Positions 12,621 to 26,614 of a DNA stretch of 64,000 bases are shown here, in pieces; position 1 is the first letter of the stretch, and each line of letters opens with the position of its first letter. The notes beneath the pieces are model-generated. The model was not told the origin of the DNA. It ran no database searches and saw only the letters and a program-made list of their open reading frames with translations. Source of the stretch: Pseudogymnoascus verrucosus (Eukaryota); assembly GCA_001662655.1 (NCBI GenBank), contig KV460280.1; one strand, written 5' to 3'. Both the position numbers and the translations under genes were made by a program.

Positions 12621-13856
12621 TTAGTCCACTCGAAAGATTATTTTTGATGCCTTCATTTGATCAAATAAGTTATATCCTTCCACAACTTCATTTAAAGGCA
12701 TAACATTTTCTGTCATGAAGCTACTATGGTGTTAGCAATGCGCTAGCTTGTTCGTAGAAAGTGACTAACTCAAGTAAATGCTGGGATTCTAATAAACTCT
12801 GTAAAGCTTGCGGGAAGATGCCTTCACGAATGTATGTTAGAAAACGATGACACGATACCGCAGTAGCAATAGACACTCACTTCTGACAGGGCACCTGCCC
12901 ATTTGCATTCTCAAATTTTTCCCATATGCTTCATTTCCTGTCCACGGAATCTCTCCGTTGTGGACTCCAACACTAGATATGCTTCCCCAAGGTCGTAGCA
13001 GGTCGAACCCCATTCGTAACGCAGAACTCAGACCCACAACTTCTATAACAATGTCTGCCCCTCTACCGTTTGTTAACTCTTTTATGCGGCTGCTCAACCC
13101 TTCACGATTAGTCAAATAATTCCAACTCTCTGCCCCAAGTCTGTTTGCGAGCCCAAGCCTGTCTTCCACTCCATCAACAGCGAGTAAGTTCTTTGGCTTG
13201 TACTTCAAGGCGTTGACAAGGGCACAGAGTCCGACGGGTCCGCAGCCAATGACTACAACTGTGCTTTGCTGAATTGCCGCCTCACTCAATCCAGTGAAGG
13301 CATTGGTTGCCGCGAAGTAACCAGTTGGAAAAATATCAGCCATGAGGCAAAGCTTCAATTCATCGATTCCTGGCGGGGCCTTCACAACAGTACTGTCTGC
13401 TAAGGGCACTCTGACATATTCGGCCTGAGCGCCGTCAAGAGCGGGGCAGCCAAATAACATGCTCCTTTCACAACGAGAAGAGTATCCCTCGATGCAGTAG
13501 AAGCATTTCCCGCACGATACAGTGAAGGGAGCGACGATCAAATCGCCTTTCCTGAAGTTGCGAACGTCCGAGCCTAGCTGATCAACTACGCCGGTGAATT
13601 CGTGACCCATAATGAAGCCTGGCACAGTCGCTTGATGGCCCCGAAACACGTGAAGTTCGCTATTTAATAGTTAGTAACAGGCAGTGTAAACTACCAGCAA
13701 CAGTAGGAAGTTCAGTGCTTACCTGCCACATAACGCAGTATACTTAACCTTTACTATAATGTCTGTTGAGTTTTGGATCTGTGGTATAGGCCGAGTTTCG
13801 AGAGCAATAAGCTTTGGGCCCTTGAAAATTACTGCCTGCATAGTATCGTTTGCCAT
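12621..13856 (-). CDS. Zn-dependent medium-chain alcohol dehydrogenase (formaldehyde-dehydrogenase-like branch)
   Basis: MANDTMQAVIFKGP start, ALCG, GHEFTG, CGKCFYC..C structural Zn site, ADIFPTG, GCGPVG Rossmann motif. Confidence 0.92.
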
Positions 13857-14615
13857 AGTCTACTATTTGTTTTTTGACTGTTAAATTTTGCGTTTCTAAC
13901 GTTAAGGAATCACAAAGCAGAGGATGACAATTCTTAAACATCGCAAGAAACCCTAGTCATAACATTAGTTCATACCCCATTATGCGGAGTCCATGATTGG
14001 ACTAGTGTACAGAATTGTTCTAAGTGGTGAGACGGAATCTGTGTGGGAGAGAATTCGCCCTGAGATACTAGGGGCATGTTTAACGGCGCGCGGCGCAGCG
14101 ACACGTGTACGTGGATGATGCGGCACGTTGCTTGCTGTTCGGTTATGCTAAACCATCGGGGTTCGTGGCTGAAGTTCGCAGACACTAGGGACCCTAAATC
14201 CGTGAATCCGGGGAAGAGCCTGACCCATGGAAATCTTTGGCGGGGTTGGGACACTATGGCGAATATGTGCGGAGTTGTCTTAACGTCTTGCGCAACGCCT
14301 GATTTCCTGTGGAAGGGGAGAAAGTAGCGAGTAGACGGAATATCTGTCCCGCAAATGGGCCCGCGACCTAGTGGAGTCAACTGGGACGCCCACACACTCA
14401 GTGTACCCTGACGTGTGCACAACCTTGTGTAGTTGACGCTGCTCATGGAGAACGAAAGCAATGGGGCTTGAAGTTTTGTTGTGCTATTTTCTTTGCGAGC
14501 TTGCTCCGCGTAACTTGCCTCATCCCTAGCCTGCCTCTTGTATTTGTAACTCTGATACGGCAACATTGTAGTTCCTGTCTGTATCACACCCAGCATCTGA
14601 TATTTTACCGCACAA

Positions 14616-16440
14616 ATGCCTACGAAGTCTACGTATGTGATACCGAAATGACCTATCTTCACAGGTGAAAGAGCATGCTAACAAGATTGGAGAACAACAG
14701 ATTTGAAGATGTTAACATTCCCTTGGTGGACGTCTGGACGTTCTTGTTTGAGAAACCAAGAGACTTTCCCCAAGATAAGGGTGAGTTCCAACTTGACACA
14801 TTCCTGAGTTTTGCTGACGTACAGTCATCTACACTGACCCGGTGGTTCCAAGATCGTATAGCTATAGCGACGTGAAGACCGCCACGGCTGGCTTTGGAAA
14901 AGGTTTAAAGGAAGCATGGAACTGGAACAAAAACGATGTTCTTCTGCTATACACACCAAATAGTATCGACATTCCCATTATTACGTGGGGTACTCACTGG
15001 GCTGGCGGAGTTGTCTCACCTGCCAATCCAAATTACACGACAAACGAACTGGCCATTCAGTTAAGAGACTGTGGAGCGAAAGCCATAGTTACTCAGCGGG
15101 CATATTTAAAGAATGCACGTGCTGCGGCTCAGATTGCTGGCATTCAAGAAGATCATATTATTCTCATCGGTGAGAAAAATGATAGCAATTCGGTAATCAG
15201 ACACGTCACCGACATATGCGAGTTGGGGGTGTCCCAGGGTTCCTACCATCAACGAACTATACCAGAAAACCCGGAAGCAGACCTTGCATTTCTTGTGTAT
15301 AGTAGTGGGACAACAGGCCACCCAAAAGGTGTTATGTTATCCCATGTGAACATTGTTTCAAATATCTTGATGTTGAAGGCTGGAGAGGGAGTGAATCTCA
15401 GCTGGGTTGGCGGTCATGATAATAAGGGCGACCGGATTCTCGGCTTCCTGCCTTTCTATCATATCTACGGTAAGTGTTGATATTAGATCCATGGTTTCAA
15501 GGCTAAACTGTTATAAGGACTCACTTCGCTCGTTCATCAGGCAATCTACAACGGCTTGGAACTGATTGTCATGACCAAATATGATCTGGAAAAGTTTTGT
15601 TCCAATATCCAGGAATATAAGATCACCTTGGCCTACGTTGTCCCACCCGTCCTCCTCCAGCTTGCAAAGGATCCCAGTATCGATCGTTTTAACCTGAGTT
15701 CTTTGCGGATGATGAGCTCTGGTGCAGCTCCATTAACAAAAGAGCTAGTTGAGGCGGTTTACCAGAGGCTCAACGTTCCGATTAAGCAAGGCTACGGGCT
15801 CTCCGAGACATCTCCAACCACCCACTCACAGCCTTGGGACACCTGGCGCACGTTTGTTGGCTCCGCTGGTATACTTCTCGCCAATCAAAGCATTAAATAC
15901 ATGTCGGAGGATGGGGATGAGCTGCCAGCTGGCGAGACAGGAGAGCTTTGGATTAAAGGTCCAAATGTTTTTAGAGGCTATCTAAACAACCTAGAAGCTA
16001 CGCAAAACGCCTTGACAAGTGATGGCTACTTCAAAACTGGCGACGTGGGGCATGAGGACAAGCATGGAAACTTATTCATTACAGACCGCGTCAAAGAACT
16101 AATTAAGTATAAAGGTTTTCAAGTTCCACCAGCAGAGCTCGAAGGAAAATTGCTCGGCCACCCGGAGATTGAAGATGCTGCGGTCGTTGGCGTTTACAGA
16201 CCCGAACAAGCTACAGAGGTACCAATGGCGTATATTGTGCTATCAAAGGGTAGTCTCGGTGATGCAGCAAAAGAAAGACAAATCATGGAATGGCTAAGTG
16301 CGAGAGTGGCGAACCATAAGCGTCTGAGAGGTGGCATTGAATGGATCGATGAAGTGCCGAAAAGCTCCAGCGGGAAGATTCTGAGAAGAGTTTTGAGAGT
16401 TCGCGCCCAGAAGAAGAAGCTACCATCAGCAAAGTTGTGA
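14616..16440 (+). CDS. 4-coumarate/phenylacetate-CoA ligase-like adenylate-forming enzyme, PTS1 (-AKL)
   Basis: YSSGTTGHPKG, QGYGLSET, FKTGD, DRVKELIKYKGFQVPPAELE, PKSSSGKILRR. Ends SAKL*. Confidence 0.93.
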
Positions 16441-16688
16441 AACTTCCTTATAGAAAGCAATAGCAAAATGGGACTTGGCTATGCATATCTATGCTAAGCA
16501 TGTATCTATATATATCCTCAGCATGCTGTTCAGATGCCTACTTGTAGATATATGTATCTGTGCCAAACACCGATTTTTAGAATTCATTGCTATTAGCTTA
16601 CTAAAGTGCATAAATACATAGCTTGGAGGCTTTTGGAGCCGTTAATAGGTAAAATATTTCCCCGTCTATGCTCTGAGGTTCGTCGCGT

Positions 16689-18376
16689 CTACTTAACTAA
16701 TTCTTCTTGTAAATATTCAATGAAATCGACGTACTCTCTGTCTACATCGGATCCAGAACTAGACTGAGTTTTGATATCTATAACCTCGTCGAAGTCTGGC
16801 GTGGAAATATCCGTAATAGATTCAGGTGTTGATGTTGTAGTGGTAGTTGGATGTTCTCGTCGCGGGAACTGCCATTCATCGAGTGAAGAACAGAAAATAG
16901 GTTGCGATACCATTGTGAGTCGTGTGTCCCTTGACGAAAAGCTCGACGCAGGATGGTCGTTACTATGCCAGCAAAGCAGAAGCCTCTCTACGCATAGTAC
17001 GGCATCGGTCCTCATTCTGACAGCGCTAATGGTCTCGGGGTTTAATACGTTTTCATCCAGGTCAAAGTCCTCTAGGCTTAGCAGGTCAATGCGACAGTCA
17101 TCTATATTGATTATGAAACTTCTGCAAGAGTCGCCACTCAACCCTAAAGCCAAGATGCGGTCTCGGAGGAAGGCTGTCCACCAAATCCTGCGGCGAAGAT
17201 GTTTCTTTCGCAATGGTAGGCTTGATGAGGAGACATCGCAATTTAGTCCTAGACTCTTTGAGAATGATGTGGCGAGACTTAACCAGTGCCGTGCTTCGGT
17301 AGTAGAGGAGCAGAGGGTCATAAGAAGCAGCGATTGGATCACAGATAGTCGGTCGTCGCAGGTGTTGAAAGAATAGAGAAGCTGCCAGGCTTGTTAGAAA
17401 GACAGTCCATAATAAAAATGAAACGTAGCCTACAGGGTTTTTACTTACTGATACTCGGTTGAAGAATATTTTCTGGGCGGAGGAGCGACTTTGAAATCCC
17501 GCTTCCGTCAAAGCTTTTGTGCTCAAATAACCAAGTCCAGCATACAAAACTGCCTGGAACAACAAGAAGCTGATCTGTTTCTTGCCCGAATTTTCGAACG
17601 CAAAACTATCAATTCTCTGTTCGTCCAGCTTGTCGTCCATATATTTCACCATCAACAATAATTCTTCCAAGTCAAGTACAGGCATCTGGTTGTAGACGAA
17701 GTCGGCGTATGCTTTCAGCAGCTCTAGTTGCATGGCTGTACTTGGCAACGTAAAAGCATCATGCGAATGCAAGTATGACAGATCGGAGGAACGTAGGTTA
17801 CACGGAAAGGCAGTAAAAAATCTAGGCAAGGGAGGACTTGAGTAACTTGCATCAGATGCAAAACCCGTCCCTATGGAAAAGTCTGGCTGAATCGAAGAAG
17901 GTGAGGAAAGCTCTTCAATCAAGCCTGTCTGTATTTCGCCATTGCCGCTAACCTTTTCTATATCTTCAATATCTGTAGTTTCTTGCTCTCCTACTGTAGA
18001 ATCAGGTGAACCTGCTTCGCTTTTTGGGGGCGCCGATCTATACGAGAGTCATCAACAGTGTTCATTATGCCATGTACTCAACGCTTCAATGAAGGTCTTC
18101 CTCTTACCTTCGACCTGACGTCTTTTTCTTAAGTTCAATGCATGCCATTCCAAAATGGCTACAATTCGCACAGGGTGCTCCGTGCGGTACAATATTGCAC
18201 CTGACTTTCCTCGCTCGGCAAGCCGTGCATGCCCTGGGTGCCCTCTTCCCTCGTTTATAAAGAGGTAGAGGCAGTGACGATAATCCGCTTCTTTCTCCGT
18301 GAGAGAGGGTGTCAATTAAAGGCGGGCCTTGGTAGAAGTCGGACGTATAGGCATATTCGTTGGTATTGGTGTCCAT
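16689..18376 (-). CDS. Zn2Cys6 transcription factor (CTF1-beta/FarB-like)
   Basis: RAPRACTACRARKVRCNIVPHGAPCANCSHFGMAC binuclear cluster, YLHSHDAFTLP, and RRRIWWTAFLRDR fungal TF domain. Confidence 0.88.
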
Positions 18377-19117
18377 TGTGCTCCTTATTGTTCTGAGTAT
18401 ATTACGATATGAGAGGATGGTAGATGATATTTTTTAAAAGTAGCACAACACCAAAATTTTACAATATGATATGAATAAACAGAAGAGAAAGGAAGATTGG
18501 TGTTTACAATAATACCCCGCGGTCTACCCCTCTAAAAAGCCGGATTACTACGGCAGTATGCGTGCCGGGATTCAAGACTGCTCGGATATTTCCACTGTGC
18601 TGCATGGAGAATATGAGAGTATACCTAGACAGTTAGTGTAAAATGCCAAATTATCACAGGAGCCTAGCTTGATCAGCGACTATAATTTTTGTGGATTTTA
18701 GCACCAGCACTCTTCGAGTGACATGCTTGTCTTAGTGTCATTCATAGCGCGGAATTCATGTTCCGTTGCCATAATCCAACGACGCCCCACAAGATTATAG
18801 CCGGTGTCCTGTGTTCAAATCTCCACTGTTGTTCCGATGGAAAACCACTACGATACCAAAGGGTTTTGCAAGTCTGTACTTTCTAGTGATTTATTACATC
18901 TACAAAAAAACGTAGCATAGAGTTGTATATGAATGCATAGATAAGTTTATCAGACTAGGTATTTTTGCCGCGCTTATGATAAACTGCACCAAATAAGATC
19001 CGTGCTTTAGTTGTGTTTCTGACATGTTCAACATGATGAAAACGATTAGGTTGAGATAGTACAGATTTGCGTCTACTGACTTAATTTATAGCACTATTCT
19101 GATATGTCTCCCACAAC

Positions 19118-19965
19118 TTATTTCCCAATAGAATCCACAACGGTTCCATCAAGCGTACGTTTGACATTAGGATCATTGTACGTCAGTGGCTCAATGACAT
19201 AGTAATTTTCGGGCGCAGCTTCTATAACTTGTCCTTGCATCTTCTCATCAAAGAGCATCAATTCCACGACCTTTACAATCTGTGACAACTCAATCCATTC
19301 ATTGTCAAAAGCATCCCATTCATTCTTCTCGAACAGGTTGGTCCTGACGTTTCCAGGACACAGAGTGTTAACCCTAATGCCATCATTATCATAGAAGTGG
19401 CGAGAGATAGCCCTAGCAAATCCGACGACCCCGTGTTTTGCAGCAGTATATATAGGGCAGAACCGAACAGGGTATATGCCCGCGATGCTAGAGTTCAAAA
19501 TGAGACAGGCTTGTTCTCCCTTAGGGTTCTTACGAAAGTAATGCTGTGCAAGGTAGGCGGAATTGATGACGGATTTAAGATCTATATCGATGATGAAATC
19601 CAGCTCGGTTGGTGGACCTGAGATCGCATCCGTTTTTGCATAGAAGTTCTTTCGCTCTCCGACGCCTGCATTTGCAAAGACGAAGTTCAGACTATTATAT
19701 TTCCTGAACACCTGATCAAACGTGTTTGACAGGGATGCGTAGTTGTTGACATCCGTTTTGAAGAAGGAGCCCGACAGTTCTGCTGCTACCTCCTCGCCCC
19801 TTTGCACGTTCAGATCGGCGATGTTGACCGTCCAGCCTTTCTTTGAAAGAGACGTTGCAACTGCAAGTCCCATTCCAGATGCTGCCAAGGCGTCAGTCAT
19901 GATTAGGTACTACAGTCTTTGATGAGCTGCTTACCTCCCCCAGTAATCAGTGCGACGCCAGCCAT
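19118..19965 (-). CDS. Short-chain dehydrogenase/reductase (15-hydroxyprostaglandin dehydrogenase-like)
   Basis: Spliced ALITGGASGMG, FANAG, NSSIAG, catalytic YTAAK, LCPG. Confidence 0.92.
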
Positions 19966-20187
19966 GTTAGGGTATTGTGGTACGAGGCGGAAATGAATGA
20001 GCAAAAACGGATGTATTCTATAGAATATTTAGAACTTCGAGCAACTAATTTGTATCTAATTTTGACATATTTCAAACATATATGTGATTTATATAAATTC
20101 TATAGAGTACATTTATGTATTGCGTTGCAGTTTACCATGACTTACCCCATGGGGAGCGAAGCTACGCGAGGGGGGCAAATGGCGAAC

Positions 20188-20199
20188 TGAGTCATGCCA
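20188..20199 (-). promoter_or_regulatory. TGGCATGACTCA, candidate bZIP site in the SDR/EthD divergent promoter
   Basis: Matches TGGCnTGACTCA, which recurs in five consecutive promoters. AP-1/Gcn4 core TGACTCA. Confidence 0.7.
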
Positions 20200-20561
20200 A
20201 CCATGACTAATATCGTACTCGTGGCAGGCCCCAAGTTTGTTGCTTCCATCAACTAAGAATCTCGAGCCCTAAATTGAGTTAGCCAGGCAGGTCCCTTTAG
20301 GACAAGTGCGTAGCTCCACAGTGTCAACTTTGGATTTTTAGTAAGAGAGTCTACGCGAGGGGAAGTAGATACCCAACGCATGCATAGTATACCAGCTACC
20401 AAATGTTATTGCCCCACAGTCTCAAATGAATGATGTTTATATAACAGACTCATTTGCGTACTCCGCTCTTCTACCCCAAATAAAAAGAACCTCTTCCAGC
20501 TTTAGACAATTAGTATTTTTCAACGCATCTCCAACTTCAGCTCCGCAATCAAGCCGCAAAT

Positions 20562-21135
20562 ATGCCTTGGCAGAAGATTGACCACCAGTTTGCCAATGTT
20601 AAGCTCAGCTATGACTCTGAGCCGAATTTCCAGCCATGCATCAAAGTATCCGTATTTTTCAAAAAGATTGATTCCATCGACTATGATGCCTTCTTCGGCC
20701 ATTGGCAGACAGTCCATGCTGATCTAGCCATTGCGACACAAGCATTCAAAAATCACATTGTTCGATATGCTCAAGTACGTGTCCCCCAATCCTCGTTATT
20801 TAGCTGTGCCTGGCTCTTTCCACAAAATAGCCTTAAAATTCCCAATTCTCCATGACATACTAACGTCTATACAGCATCACCAAACGCCAGAAATGAAAGC
20901 GCGAGCTGCAAGTCTTGGAGAAAATGTTCTTGAATATGATGGCTGTGCGCAACTATGGGTCCGCACATGGGACGATTGGCTCGCGTTTTACAACAGCAAA
21001 GAGTATGCCGCGGCGCTGAGTGCAGATTGTGACAGATTCATGGCCTTGCCTATGACCTATATGGTTGGTTATGAGAACCTAATTGTTGGCGATGCGTCAA
21101 AGATCATGGGTGGTAAAGATGGCTTTGTTAGGTAG
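20562..21135 (+). CDS. EthD-domain (dimeric alpha/beta barrel) protein, 2 exons
   Basis: FFKK..DAFFGHWQTVHADL..VRYAQ|HHQT..YDGCAQLWV..EYAAALSADCDRFM, a typical EthD pattern. Confidence 0.85.
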
Positions 21136-21609
21136 ATAAGTGAAAAGATGAATTAAAACTACTAGCATCATGTTAGATAGTCATTGAGACAAGACGAGAA
21201 TTGCAAATCATATACACTGTCAAGGGGAATTCTTAATGTGACCATATTGCGCAAAATTAGGATTACATAGAGGCACGCAACAATGGCATTCTACCGTATC
21301 TGTGTGTAGATACCCAAATGAAGGATATATATACAACTTGTAGATTGTTAGAAGTACTTAGTATGTTTACTGTCAAAGATTGGACACACCTGCGGTTCAT
21401 TTATCATTGGCTTGATTTCAAAGAAATACGCAAGTTACAATTCTAAGAAGAGTGAGAGCAAAGAACCCATGAAAACGGCGGAGTTGAAGGTAATAGGTAG
21501 TATGGAATATTTTTCCTTCATAAAAAGCTAACATGCTTCAAATTACTTATGCCAAAACAGACAAAAAACCACTCTCGATCTCTTGTATATAATTTAGTCT
21601 TTCAAAACA

Positions 21610-23569
21610 CTATACTTTCTCAACCACTGTGACGGTCACCTTCTCCGTGAGATCATGGCTAGTGAGGTTCCCACTGGTAGGATCTCTGTTCTGACTGCCG
21701 ATTTTAGTAAAGATAAAGTCAATTTCTTCTAAAGTTTTGCCAGATGTCTACAAGAGGAAAGTTTGTTAGCAGGTTTTCAGAGTAAAATATATTATTAATA
21801 TTTTGACATACCTCGGGACATAAGAACCATACAAATGGAACGGCAGCAGCACATGATAAGGCCATCCAAAGCCAAATCTTCCAACCGACATTTTCAAGCG
21901 CAATACCGCCAGCAAATACGGTGATAAAAGAGAAGAGCCATTCCCCAAATGCACCAGCTGCAGCACCAGCATGGCGTAGTTTAAGTGGTGCAATCTAATA
22001 TGTAATGTTAGCATAGTATCTCTAAAAGACTCAGGTAAAATAAAAGCCTCACTTCAGGACCATAAAGCCAGCAAACACCAATCCAGCCATATCCAAAGAC
22101 GATATTGTAGACAAATATCGCAGCAACAGCTATCCACTGTGTACTAGCTGAGGGATTAGGCAGACTAATCATGGCCACAAAGATAGACATGCAGATGGTG
22201 AGCACAATGGCGGAATATAACATGACGTTTCTCCTCCCAACTTTCTCAATAGTGTAGACGAGAGGTATAGTCCCAGCAGCAAACAGGGTGTTCATAATTG
22301 CTGCTAATAGCTTCGTAAGAAAAGGTGATAAGCCGACTTGTGCAAAAATCACAGTACTATAGTACACAGACAGATTGATGCCTAGAGGGTCACGATTAGC
22401 AATTAATTCTTACTATAATGCTTATGAGGATGCGCTTACCCATCATCTGCTGGAGCGCAAGAATCATAAAAGAGATACGAATGCGTCGACCAGCACGAAG
22501 ATAGCTTCGGTCCCAGATCAAGTCGAGAATATTAAAGTCGCTATTATTATCCTCTTCTAACTTGATGCTAGAAATGATATCTTGCTTTGTGCTTTGGACA
22601 GCTGGGTCGTCTATGTCAGCATCGAAAAGACGACAAAGCACATCATCCCCTTTACTAATATATCCCTTGGCGTAATACCATCGAGGAGTGTCGGGCAGGA
22701 TGAACATGCCAACACTACCGATGATAGCAAAAATGATCTGAAATCCAATTGGTAGTCTCTATAATCCAAGTTAGTAATCAATGTTTACTTTACCTAGAGA
22801 GGTCCGCTTTACCCACGAGGCTTGATTGGTCATACTAGTAAAACCAAAATCAACCCAATATGCAAGTGCTGCACCCGCAACGAGGAAAACGCAGGTCACA
22901 GCGACTTGTGGCCCGCGCTCTTTAATCTCAGTGCTCATTTCGGCCTGATACGTCGGAACTGAACAAGAGATGAACTAATGACGAGAGTCAATATCGTGTT
23001 CTGTAGAGTGAGAAGAATATGAACGATCATACCCCAATGCCAAAGCCCTGAAATTCAATTAGCAAGCTTCATAGTAATACAGCACGCAAAACAACTTACG
23101 CATATTATGCGTGCAACAATGATCTGAGCAACTGACCACGATGACGCTTGAAGGCTAGCTCCGATAATGACGAGTAGGTTGCCCAGGAGGATACAGTTGC
23201 GGCGACCAAGGGGCATACCAACCATAGTAACCATCAAGGAGCAGACAGCAGCAGCAAGTGTGTAAGAAGATGCAATCATGGGAATGACATATGTCCCAGT
23301 TGGATACTAGAAATAAGCATTAGCAGACCAACGCAATGCTTTTAGAGTAAGCACCTACTCCCATTGCTCTATGAAATGGCTCAGTAGTCTGAACCCCTCC
23401 AAGGACACCTGCGTCGTAGCCATACATGCAGAAAGACTATAAGCAATTAGTGGCTAGATTCTCCCTCTTATGGGCAATTTGAAGATGCTTGCGCGAGGAG
23501 ACTTACAGTAGCACAGCAAGTTGCCATTATTCTTTTGAGGGTTTTACCTCTAATTTTTGATTCGAACAT
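21610..23569 (-). CDS. MFS sugar-porter family transporter, multi-exon
   Basis: GYDAGV, LGRRN, PDTPRW, ALQQMMGIN, VGRRN, WLYGPE, PETSGKTLEEID. Confidence 0.9.
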
Positions 23570-23831
23570 GATAGCAAAAAGGGGATAAATTCCAGGTGTT
23601 GTGCAAAACGAAGTTCTCACTCGTACAAATTTATGGAGGTGTCATTAAGAGCCTTTTTATATAGCAATAAGAAGTCTAGTACTGTTTCTTTTAATTTTAG
23701 CTTCTCATACCCCAGGTTTCCCCACGATGTTGTGAAGTTAGTGCAGTAGTTTAGAAACCCAGGATGTCGGCTACCGAATTTAAGCATCTGCAATGGCAAC
23801 TAATTTCAGGTATAGGCAACTGCGTCTATCA

Positions 23832-23843
23832 TGAGTCAGGCCA
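23832..23843 (-). promoter_or_regulatory. TGGCCTGACTCA, candidate bZIP site between the two sugar porters
   Basis: Matches TGGCnTGACTCA. Confidence 0.65.
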
Positions 23844-24303
23844 TACATAGTGGCGTCTCTAGATCTTGGCTGACCTTAGCACTATACTTTGTGTGGAGGC
23901 TAGCAAGTAAGTACCCCAGATTTTAGAATGTGGGGCATTCTCACGTCGGAATTACAGTCCCGAGCTGTCACTTGGCACAGCAAATATTTTCCATTAGTGT
24001 AGACATGACTAATGGCTAATTAGTAACGTCTAACCCCATTATATCCTAGAGTAAACTAGGTTACGATTAGCCCTACTGTTAAATTAGACCATAGCGTCAG
24101 TGCTCAAATGCCTAGCTATCGAATTTCGAGCTTGGCCGTCGCCATAAATAGCGTTTAGTAGTAGTGGAGATTAGTTGTGTGGGGTAATTTGTGACACTTA
24201 TAATGTTTTGGCTCCTTAGTTTAAAGAGCGGCTAAACATTACAATATCCCGCTTCTCACAACATTCTCGTTGCTTTTTTATTGTTAAGCATAAACAGAAA
24301 CCG

Positions 24304-26124
24304 ATGCATTTTCATTTACGCGGACGGCCTTTGGTGGTTGCAATTACCATTTCTTCAGGGAGTTGCTATCTGCTCTTTGGCTATGATCAGGGCGTTCTTG
24401 GTGGGCTAGTAACGCAGCCTAGCTTTTTGAATGCTATTGGCAATCCTAATGAAGGATATTTAGGCGCCATTGTGGCCCTGTATAACATTGGTTGTTTAGT
24501 AGGATGTGTCCTTTCTGCCTTGTATGGTAGTCGCTTTGGACGAAAAAGATCCATTATAGGGGGAAGTCTCATCATGGTCGTTGGTGCCATTTTGCAAGCG
24601 TCCACTTATGGCGCTGTTCAGCTCATCATTGGAAGGATAATTTCAGGTGTTGGTAATGGTACTGTTAGAATTCTTCCTCGCGCTGTTGTTGGTACATTTC
24701 TGATCTCGTTTAGGGATCAATACCTCTACTATCCCAATATATGTTTCAGAGATGGCAAAGAGTAACCGACGAGGAAGAATGATAGCAATACAGCTGTCGG
24801 TGGTTATTGTAGGTTGCAAAGTATCTGAGTACTTATTTTTGCTTATACTTGTCTAGTTTGGGACTGTGGTAGCTTATTGGCTTGACTATGGAACAGTCAA
24901 ACACATGACTGGAGAGGCAAGATCTCCCATTATTCTCCAGTTACTAAGAAGAGTTCTAACTTAAGCGGCGACAGATCGTATGGCGACTTCCCATTGCATT
25001 TCAGATTGTCTTTGCGCTCATCACATTGGCTACTATGCCATTTTTGCCCGAGACTCCAAGGTGGCTTTATAGCCAGGGCAAAGAAGCTGAGGCAATTCAA
25101 GTCCTTGCGAGATTAATGTCTTGTAGAGAAGACGATCCAAGAGTGCGAATGATCAAGGGTGAAATGAAGGCAGCCCTGGAAATCGAAACGATAGAAGAGC
25201 CTTTCCGGTGGCAGAACATTTTCTACGACCGTACAGATTTAAAGAACTACCGGCGGCTCGTTCTCTGTTTCTTGATTCAAATGATGCAACAATTCACTGG
25301 CATTAATGTCATTGCATTCTATGGTGCGTATATTTTTCCTTTTAAAGGAGCTCTCTTTAACTGTGCAAAGTGACAATCGTTCTCGAGGTTAATGTTGGCT
25401 TTGATCGTGAAACAGCCAGTCTTGTTGCCGGTTTTATCCAGATCGCTTTCTGGGCTGGTACATTCCCTCCTATGTGGTTGATTGATAGATATGGGCGACG
25501 ACCTATGTTACTCTGTGGTTCAATCGCTCTTACCACGACAATGGTAGTCTTTACCATAAGCATTGCTCTAGACACTCCAGCCACTAGCAAGCTTGCACTT
25601 GCCATGCTCCTATGCTATGAAATCTCGTTTGGGATGAGTTGGAACTCGATTCCATGGTTGCTTGCGCCCGAAATCACACCACTGCATTTGCGGCATATTG
25701 GTAGTGCTATTGGACCTTTCTCGGAGTGGATGTGGACATTTGTGAGTCTTCTGCGAGCTCAGTCTGACATCTTGCTAACTACCAAAGGTCATAGTGCTGA
25801 TTACACCCACTGCGATCCGCAACGCGGGGTGGAAGTTCTACATTCTCTTTTGTATTATGAACATGCTTTGCATCCCATTTATCTGGATCTGTCTACCTGA
25901 GGTATAGAGCCTCCAATATCTTTAATTAGGCCGTTGCTAATGCGATGTTATAGACAAATGGCAAGACTTTAGAGGAGATAGACTACGTATTCGCAAATGC
26001 TGAAGCTAAGGAGCGGATCAAATCACGTTTCGATGACGTTGTCGCAAATGCAAATAAGGGTGGTAGTAGGAGAAGTTCAGATTCTAACAAGATGACTACA
26101 CTTGAGGTCGAGAAGATAGTTTGA
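24304..26124 (+). CDS. MFS sugar-porter family transporter, multi-exon with one GC-AG intron
   Basis: FGYDQGV, FGRKR, GRIISG, PETPRW, QQFTGIN, YGRR, PETNGKTLEEID. Confidence 0.92.
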
Positions 26125-26614
26125 TTGTATCTACGGGCCTGCCATCATCGCCCTGGCTAGCTTGTCAACTCAAACAAGACTGTGTACTTCCTGTTTTCTC
26201 TGCTATATAATAGCATAGATTCAACACGTATGTCTAGTGTTATACATTTTTTTTGGTATAGATAGGCAACGAAAATATGAGAACTAAAATATTAAGGCAA
26301 AAAGTTTAATACAACAGTATCTAACTCCTCGAGTAATGCAGTTTAGTTTGCTATGAAGGTGTGCTTGGCTGAAGTTGGGCACTTAGTGACTGTGCTTCAG
26401 CAATCTGCTGACCGATTCGATCTCACTTATGACGTAATGGCTGCTGTCCAAGGAGATTTAAATCTGATCCGTATATCTTGACTAGTAAAGGGAGACTTCT
26501 TAAGAGGATTTGTTGCTGTGGAGAAAGCTGGCGTACCAATCGGTCATGCCATGGCTTGTTTATCTCCGCACCATTGTAATGGTGTGGGGCGTGACATCTG
26601 CGCCAATTGTGCCC

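Noticed and set aside
13970..14662. 230-aa minus-strand ORF in the ADH/ligase promoter
   Set aside because: No recognisable features, and it overlaps the ligase start.
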